From an uncultured Lachnospiraceae bacterium (GTDB lineage Bacteria > Bacillota > Clostridia > Oscillospirales > CAG-272), in NCBI GenBank assembly GCA_964498965.1, contig CAZCJU010000001.1, forward strand, positions 38,008 through 102,007: a DNA stretch of 64,000 nt, read 5' to 3'. Under the pieces are notes generated by a model. It did no database searches. It saw only the letters and a program-made list of their open reading frames with translations, and was not told the DNA's origin. Below, piece by piece: positions 58,999 to 64,000 of the stretch. A program made the translations under genes and the position numbers. Position 1 is the first letter of the stretch. Every line of letters starts with the position of its first letter.

Positions 58999-60432
58999 TT
59001 ATATTTTTTTACCTATCAAAGCAAAGGCTCCCGCCTTTTCTATTTTAATTTTTACGGTTTTTCCGACATCGTTTTCGTCGGCATCGAAATGCACCAGCTT
59101 GCCCGTACCCGTTCTGCCGGTATACATGGTATCGTCGTTTTTGCTCACGCCCTCGCACAGCACGTCGAACACTTTGCCCACAAGCTCCCTGTTTTTTTCT
59201 TCGGAGATCTCGTTTTGCACCTCGAGCAGCACGGCGAAGCGTCTGCTTTTCGTTTCCTCGTCGAGCTGATCGGGGTATTCGGCGGCGGGTGTATTTTTTC
59301 TCGGCGAATAAATGAACGAGAATATCATATCGAAGCGAGCTTTTTTCAGCACCTCGATCGTATCGAGGAAATCCTTTTCGCTTTCGCCCGGGAAACCGAC
59401 CATTATATCGCTTGTCACCGTGATATCGGGCATTTTTTCACGCATATATTCGAGTATGGACAAATACTTTTCCGCCGTATAGCGTCGGTTCATTCGTTTC
59501 AGGACGTTATCCGAACCCGATTGAAGCGGCAAATGGAAGCTGTGAGCCGTTTTGGTACAGCGAGCCATGGTATCTATCAGCTCCCGACTTGCGTCCTTCG
59601 GATGTGAAGTCATGAATCTCAACACGAAATCGCCGGGAATCCTATCGCAATCCCTGAGCAGTGAGGCGAATGTATATTCGTCACCGTACAGGTCGCGACC
59701 GTAGGAATTCACATTTTGTCCGAGCAGGGTAATATCCCGACATCCGTTTTCGGCAAGAGCTTTGATCTCGTCGAGGATCTTTTCCTTTTCCCGACTTCTT
59801 TCTCTGCCTCTGACATACGGCACGACGCAATAGGTGCAAAAGTTATTGCACCCGTACATTATGCTCACCCACGCCTTATCTCGGCTTTTACGCTTCACGC
59901 CCAGTCCCTCGGCGACGACACCGTCGCAATCGTTCTCGTAAAAGCTTCGTTTTCCGCCGTTTTTCCTGTCGAATATTATTTCGGGAAGCATATATATCAT
60001 GCTCGTACCCACCGTGAAATCGACGTATGGGTATTTGAATTTTATATCCTCCCTGCGGTGCTGCTGCGAAACCATACAGCCGCACATACCTATGAGCAGC
60101 TCGGGATTCTTCTCCTTGAGCTTTTTATATTGCCCCGCCTGCGACAACGCTCTGAGTTCGGCGTGTTCTCTGACCGCACACGTATTTATGAGTATCAGCT
60201 CCGCTTCGCTCTCGTTCTCGCACTCGGTATAGCCCATTCTTTCGCAAAGCGAGGACAGTATTTCGCTGTCCGCTTCGTTCTGCTGACAGCCGAAGGTTTT
60301 TACGCAATAGTATTTGGTCTTTCCCGTGCCGAGGTTTTCCTCTCTTATCCTCGAGGCTATCTCGAATTGTCTGTCTATGTCCCGTTTTGACAGCCTGCGT
60401 ATGCCGTTTTCCATATTTTTCTCTCCCGTCAA
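58999..60432 (-). CDS. miaB: tRNA-2-methylthio-N6-dimethylallyladenosine synthase (radical SAM methylthiotransferase)
   Basis: YCVKTFGCQQNEADSE (UPF0004 domain), GCNNFCTYCVVP (radical SAM CxxxCxxC) and a TRAM-like C-terminus. Confidence 0.9.
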   Translation of the reverse strand: MTGEKNMENGIRRLSKRDIDRQFEIASRIREENLGTGKTKYYCVKTFGCQQNEADSEILSSLCERMGYTECENESEAELILINTCAVREHAELRALSQAGQYKKLKEKNPELLIGMCGCMVSQQHRREDIKFKYPYVDFTVGTSMIYMLPEIIFDRKNGGKRSFYENDCDGVVAEGLGVKRKSRDKAWVSIMYGCNNFCTYCVVPYVRGRERSREKEKILDEIKALAENGCRDITLLGQNVNSYGRDLYGDEYTFASLLRDCDRIPGDFVLRFMTSHPKDASRELIDTMARCTKTAHSFHLPLQSGSDNVLKRMNRRYTAEKYLSILEYMREKMPDITVTSDIMVGFPGESEKDFLDTIEVLKKARFDMIFSFIYSPRKNTPAAEYPDQLDEETKSRRFAVLLEVQNEISEEKNRELVGKVFDVLCEGVSKNDDTMYTGRTGTGKLVHFDADENDVGKTVKIKIEKAGAFALIGKKI

Positions 60433-60438
60433 CGAGTG

Positions 60439-61611
60439 TTAATTACAATACTTATGCTCGACCTTTATCACGCCGTTCAGGCGTTCGTCGTGAGCTTTAA
60501 GTCCTTCGTTTATGTCGCTTTTCAGCTGTTCGGTAAGCCTGTCGTCGAAGCTTTGCGGTACGACGACATCGAATATCACGTTTATCCTGTTTTCGCCCTT
60601 TACGATACGCAGGTCGTGTATCGAAAATTCCCCGTTTATCTCCGCCGTTACCTCGGCGGCAAGCGTTCTCAGCCTGCAGGCAAGCTCGTCCTGCGTCGCT
60701 ATCGGATCCATATGTATCACCGTCAGTATGCCGAGTTCGTCGAGTATCTTTTGCTCGGTTTCGTCGATCACTTCGTGGATCTTCAATATGTCCGAGCTGT
60801 CCGACACCTCCGCATGAACAGTCGCCATTATGCGTCCCGGACCGTAGTCATGTACTATAAGGTCGTGTATGCCGACTATTTCGCTCGGCGACGTAACGTA
60901 CCGCGTTATGTCGGCGACCGTTTTTTCGTCGGGCGGCGAACCCAAAAGCACACCTATCGTATCGAGTGCCATTTTCACGCCCGAGTACAAAATATATACC
61001 GATACGGCACAGCCGATAACGCCGTCAAGCGAAAACGGCACGTATTTGTCGAGTACGGACGACAGTATTACGGCACACGTTGCGATAACGTCGTTTATGC
61101 TGTCACGCCCGGTGTCGAGCAGCAGCTGCGAACCTATCTTTTTCCCCATTCGGCGGTTTATGTAAAAAAGCCAAAGCTTTACGAAAAGCGAAAGGAAAAG
61201 TATGATAAGCACAACGGCGTCCGTCTTGACCTCTGTCGGTGAAATTATTTTGCCTATCGAACCCTTTCCGAGCTGAAAACCGACGGAAACGACTATCATT
61301 GCGATGAAAAGCGAGGAAATGTACTCGAGCCTGCCGTGTCCGAACGGGTGCTTGCTGTCGGGGTGCTTATTCGCGAGCCGAGAGCCGATTATCGTTATCA
61401 CGGACGAGCCGCCGTCGGACAGGTTGTTGAACGAGTCCGAAATTACGGCGACGGAGGAGGACAAAATGCCCGCAATGAGCTTCGTCGCAAAGAGAAAAAG
61501 GTTGCATATTATGCCGATAACACCGGATAAAACGCAATACCTTTCCCGAACGTGACGGTCATGCACGTTTTCGCCGTCTTTTATGAATTTTTTTATAAGA
61601 AACCCGAGCAT
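60439..61611 (-). CDS. Cation diffusion facilitator (CDF) family metal efflux transporter
   Basis: 390 aa. Six TM segments with the SDSFNNLSD-type and HPFGHGRLE motifs, plus a C-terminal cytoplasmic domain. Confidence 0.85.
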   Translation of the reverse strand: MLGFLIKKFIKDGENVHDRHVRERYCVLSGVIGIICNLFLFATKLIAGILSSSVAVISDSFNNLSDGGSSVITIIGSRLANKHPDSKHPFGHGRLEYISSLFIAMIVVSVGFQLGKGSIGKIISPTEVKTDAVVLIILFLSLFVKLWLFYINRRMGKKIGSQLLLDTGRDSINDVIATCAVILSSVLDKYVPFSLDGVIGCAVSVYILYSGVKMALDTIGVLLGSPPDEKTVADITRYVTSPSEIVGIHDLIVHDYGPGRIMATVHAEVSDSSDILKIHEVIDETEQKILDELGILTVIHMDPIATQDELACRLRTLAAEVTAEINGEFSIHDLRIVKGENRINVIFDVVVPQSFDDRLTEQLKSDINEGLKAHDERLNGVIKVEHKYCN

Positions 61612-61639
61612 GGATCATCCGCTCCTCAAATTAATTTGT

Positions 61640-61815
61640 TTGTACGGCTTGCTTCACCTCAACCGCCGCGGCAAGCTGCGATCCCACCTCCCCCGAAAAG
61701 GAAGGCTCGGGTGAGAAACAAAGACGGAAGGCGGCGATCGCCGCTCCTCCCGCGTAAGCCTTCTCCCTTTAAGGGAGAGCGGCGATCCGAAGGCTTGACG
61801 GGTAAGGGCAAGGCT
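61640..61815. repeat. REP-like GC-rich hairpin elements
   Basis: cctcccccgaaaaggaagg, ggcggcgatcgccgc, ctctccctttaagggagag and ggcgatccgaaggcttgacgggtaagggc. Confidence 0.75.
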
Positions 61816-62591
61816 TAAGACAACGTGGAGAAAAAGAGTTTTTTCGCATTATTATAAGTCAACTCGCAGACGTGTTCGGCGGTCGTATTTCTCAGCTGTG
61901 CGAGGCACTGCACGATATACGTTATATTCGAGCTGTCGTTCACGCTTCCCCGTACCGGCACGGGTGACAGGTACGGGCAATCGGTTTCGACCAGCAGTCG
62001 GTCGTCGGGAACGGCACAGGCTGTTCTTTGCACGTTTTTGGCGTTTTTGAACGTGACGCTGCCCGAAAACGAGATATAAAATCCGTGTTTAACAAGTCTT
62101 TCGGCATCCTCCGCACTTTCCGAGCAGGAATGCATAACGCCTTTCGCTTTATGCTCGAGCAAAATGCGTACACAATCGCCGTGTGCTTCTCTGTCGTGTA
62201 TAACGACGGGTTTACCGAGCTTTTCCGCCAAGCACAGTTGTCTTTCGAACCATTCGAGCTGAAGCCGTTTGGGTGAAAAATCGTAGTGGTAATCGAGTCC
62301 TATTTCGCCCAAGGCGACACATTTGGGGTGGGACAGGTATTCGCCGAGCTTTTTCAGCGTCGCATCGATATCGTCGTACCTACAGCAGTCCGACGGGTGT
62401 ATTCCCGCCGCAAAATAAACGCCGTCGAAGCGTTCGGCGAGACACAGTGACCTATGGCACGTATCGAGGCTCGTACCCGCATTTATCACGTATTTCACCT
62501 CGCCCCCGAGCAGTCGTTCGAGCAGTGCCTCCGCTCCGCCGAGAGCGGAAAATTTTTCGTCGTCGTAATGGGCGTGCGTATCGAATATCAT
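61815..62591 (-). CDS. tatD: TatD-family metal-dependent hydrolase/DNase
   Basis: MIFDTHAHYDDEKF, GEIGLDYHY, VVIHDREAH, HSCSES and ETDCPYL motifs. It follows metG, as in many Firmicutes. Confidence 0.9.
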   Translation of the reverse strand: MIFDTHAHYDDEKFSALGGAEALLERLLGGEVKYVINAGTSLDTCHRSLCLAERFDGVYFAAGIHPSDCCRYDDIDATLKKLGEYLSHPKCVALGEIGLDYHYDFSPKRLQLEWFERQLCLAEKLGKPVVIHDREAHGDCVRILLEHKAKGVMHSCSESAEDAERLVKHGFYISFSGSVTFKNAKNVQRTACAVPDDRLLVETDCPYLSPVPVRGSVNDSSNITYIVQCLAQLRNTTAEHVCELTYNNAKKLFFSTLS

Positions 62592-62597
62592 TTTACG

Positions 62598-64000
62598 TTA
62601 TCTTACTCTTTCGCCGACGGGTGTTTCGGGGTCGAGGAACAGCACTCTCGGTTTTTCCTCGCCGCAAGCGAGTATCATGCCCTGCGATTCCTCGCCGCAC
62701 AGCTTTGCGGGCTTAAGGTTGCAAACGAGCGTCACTTTTTTGCCGACAAGCTCGTCGGGCGTATAATAATTCGCTATGCCCGACAGCACCTGCCTTTTTT
62801 CATATCCGAGGTCCACCGTCATTTTGAGCAGCTTTTTGCTTTTTTTCAGCTTTTCGCAGGTGATTATCTCCGCACAACGAAGCTCGATCCCCATAAAATC
62901 ATCTATCGAGATCTCCGGCATTTTTTCGGGTGCGGGCATTTTTTCCGCCGCCCTTGCCGCTTCCTCCGCTTTCGCTTTAAGCATTTCGACGGTCTTTTTC
63001 TCGTCCAGGCGGGCAAACAACGCTTCTCCGTCATGCACGGAAATGCCGCTTTCCAGCGTGCCGAAGCTCAGATCGTCGAACGTTTTCCTTTTCGTTCCGA
63101 GCGAAGCGAATATCTTTTCGCTTGCGTCGGGGATTATCGGACAGAGCAGTATCGCCCCTATACGAATGACCTCGAGCAGGTTATACAATACGGTCTTAAG
63201 TCTTTGCACTCCGTCCTCGGATCTTGCAAGCGTCCACGGCAGAGTTTCGTCGATATACTTATTGCCTCGTTTAAGCATAGCGAACACCTTGGCACACGCT
63301 TCCGCCGTTTTATATTCGTCCATAAGCCCGAAATACGCCTTTACGGTGTCATCGACTTCTTTTTTCAGCTCTTTATCGAGTTCTTCCTCCTCGCCCGGTG
63401 TCGGTATGACGGAGGAAAAATATTTTGTGGTCATTGCGACCGTACGCTTCGCAAGGTTGCCCAAATTGTTGGCAAGGTCGGTATTGTAGCGGCTTATCAC
63501 GCTGTCGTAGGTTATCGAACCGTCGTTTGCGTAAGGCATTTCGGATAGGGCGTAATGGCGACAGCCGTCCTTGCCGATAAGCTCCGTCAGATCGTCGGCA
63601 TATATGACGTTGCCCTTCGATTTGCTCATCTTATCCGTGCCGAATAACAACCACGGGTGACCGAACACCTGCTTCGGCAACGGCTCGCCCAAGGCCATGA
63701 GTATTATCGGCCAATATATGGTATGGAATCTGACGATATCCTTACCTATAACGTGCACGTCGCAGGGCCAATATTTTTTGAAAAGCTCACCCTGCTCATC
63801 TACATCGTAGCCGAGAGCGGTGATGTAGTTCGAAAGCGCGTCGATCCAGACGTATATAACGTGCTTTTCGTCATTCGGCACGGGCACGCCCCACGTAAAC
63901 GAGCTTCTCGTTACGCAAAGATCTTGGAGCCCCGGCTTTAAGAAATTGTTTACCATCTCCTTAAGCCTCGATTCCGGCTCCACAAATCCCGGATTTTCCT
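62598..64000 (-). CDS. metG: Methionine-tRNA ligase, C-terminal ~467 aa (partial; N-terminus beyond window end)
   Basis: DKMSKSKGNVI (KMSKS), the anticodon-binding helical domain, and a C-terminal EMAP/tRNA-binding domain (KVTLVCNLKPAKLCGEESQGMILA). The frame is open to base 64000 (…ENPGFVEPESR…). Confidence 0.9.
   Translation of the reverse strand, partial: ENPGFVEPESRLKEMVNNFLKPGLQDLCVTRSSFTWGVPVPNDEKHVIYVWIDALSNYITALGYDVDEQGELFKKYWPCDVHVIGKDIVRFHTIYWPIILMALGEPLPKQVFGHPWLLFGTDKMSKSKGNVIYADDLTELIGKDGCRHYALSEMPYANDGSITYDSVISRYNTDLANNLGNLAKRTVAMTTKYFSSVIPTPGEEEELDKELKKEVDDTVKAYFGLMDEYKTAEACAKVFAMLKRGNKYIDETLPWTLARSEDGVQRLKTVLYNLLEVIRIGAILLCPIIPDASEKIFASLGTKRKTFDDLSFGTLESGISVHDGEALFARLDEKKTVEMLKAKAEEAARAAEKMPAPEKMPEISIDDFMGIELRCAEIITCEKLKKSKKLLKMTVDLGYEKRQVLSGIANYYTPDELVGKKVTLVCNLKPAKLCGEESQGMILACGEEKPRVLFLDPETPVGERVR

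Overview
This looks like a Firmicutes/Clostridia-type chromosomal segment of roughly 50% GC. That placement is an inference from gene content and from Bacillus-type LexA 'Cheo' boxes; no searches were run, and all product calls come from motifs I recognise in the ORF translations.

About 60 credible genes fall into five blocks:
- **1-18.1 kb, minus strand:** a signalling/adhesion supercluster. It holds a PP2C phosphatase and Hanks kinase, two small membrane proteins, a 2204-aa surface protein, an AgrA/AgrC-like LytTR two-component system, a second (polytopic) Hanks kinase and PP2C, and TadA/CpaF and TadZ/CpaE-like ATPases.
- **20.4-31.4 kb, minus strand:** a compact structure-plus-lysis phage-like cluster of about 11 kb. 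It encodes TerS, TerL, portal, scaffold-like and capsid-like proteins, an XhlA-holin-amidase lysis cassette and a Gly-rich fibre. I see no integrase, repressor, replication or long-tail genes. It is driven by a consensus sigma-A promoter with four perfect LexA boxes.
- **35.2-37.2 kb:** a near-identical promoter/LexA cassette reappears about 4 kb away, across opposite-strand housekeeping genes. It drives a tail-fibre-like SGNH-esterase gene. I read the two loci together as a split, SOS-gated, possibly domesticated (GTA/PBSX-like) particle system. This is the top candidate for something new.
- **37.4-43.4 kb, minus strand:** an ECF sigma/anti-sigma-led operon encoding an acyl-AMP ligase, acyltransferases and GT8 glycosyltransferases.
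- **43.6-64 kb:** housekeeping genes (pth, capEFG-like UDP-L-FucNAc trio, thrC, hslO, hprK, trpS, miaB, metG and others), plus two tandem zinc-ribbon membrane paralogs.

Non-coding structure is rich:
- a duplicated regulatory cassette of about 420 bp containing phased 10-bp tandem arrays;
- 7-bp tandem arrays;
- a dispersed family of GC-rich REP-like hairpins;
- a ComE/AgrA-style direct-repeat box.

No rRNA, tRNA or CRISPR array was seen.
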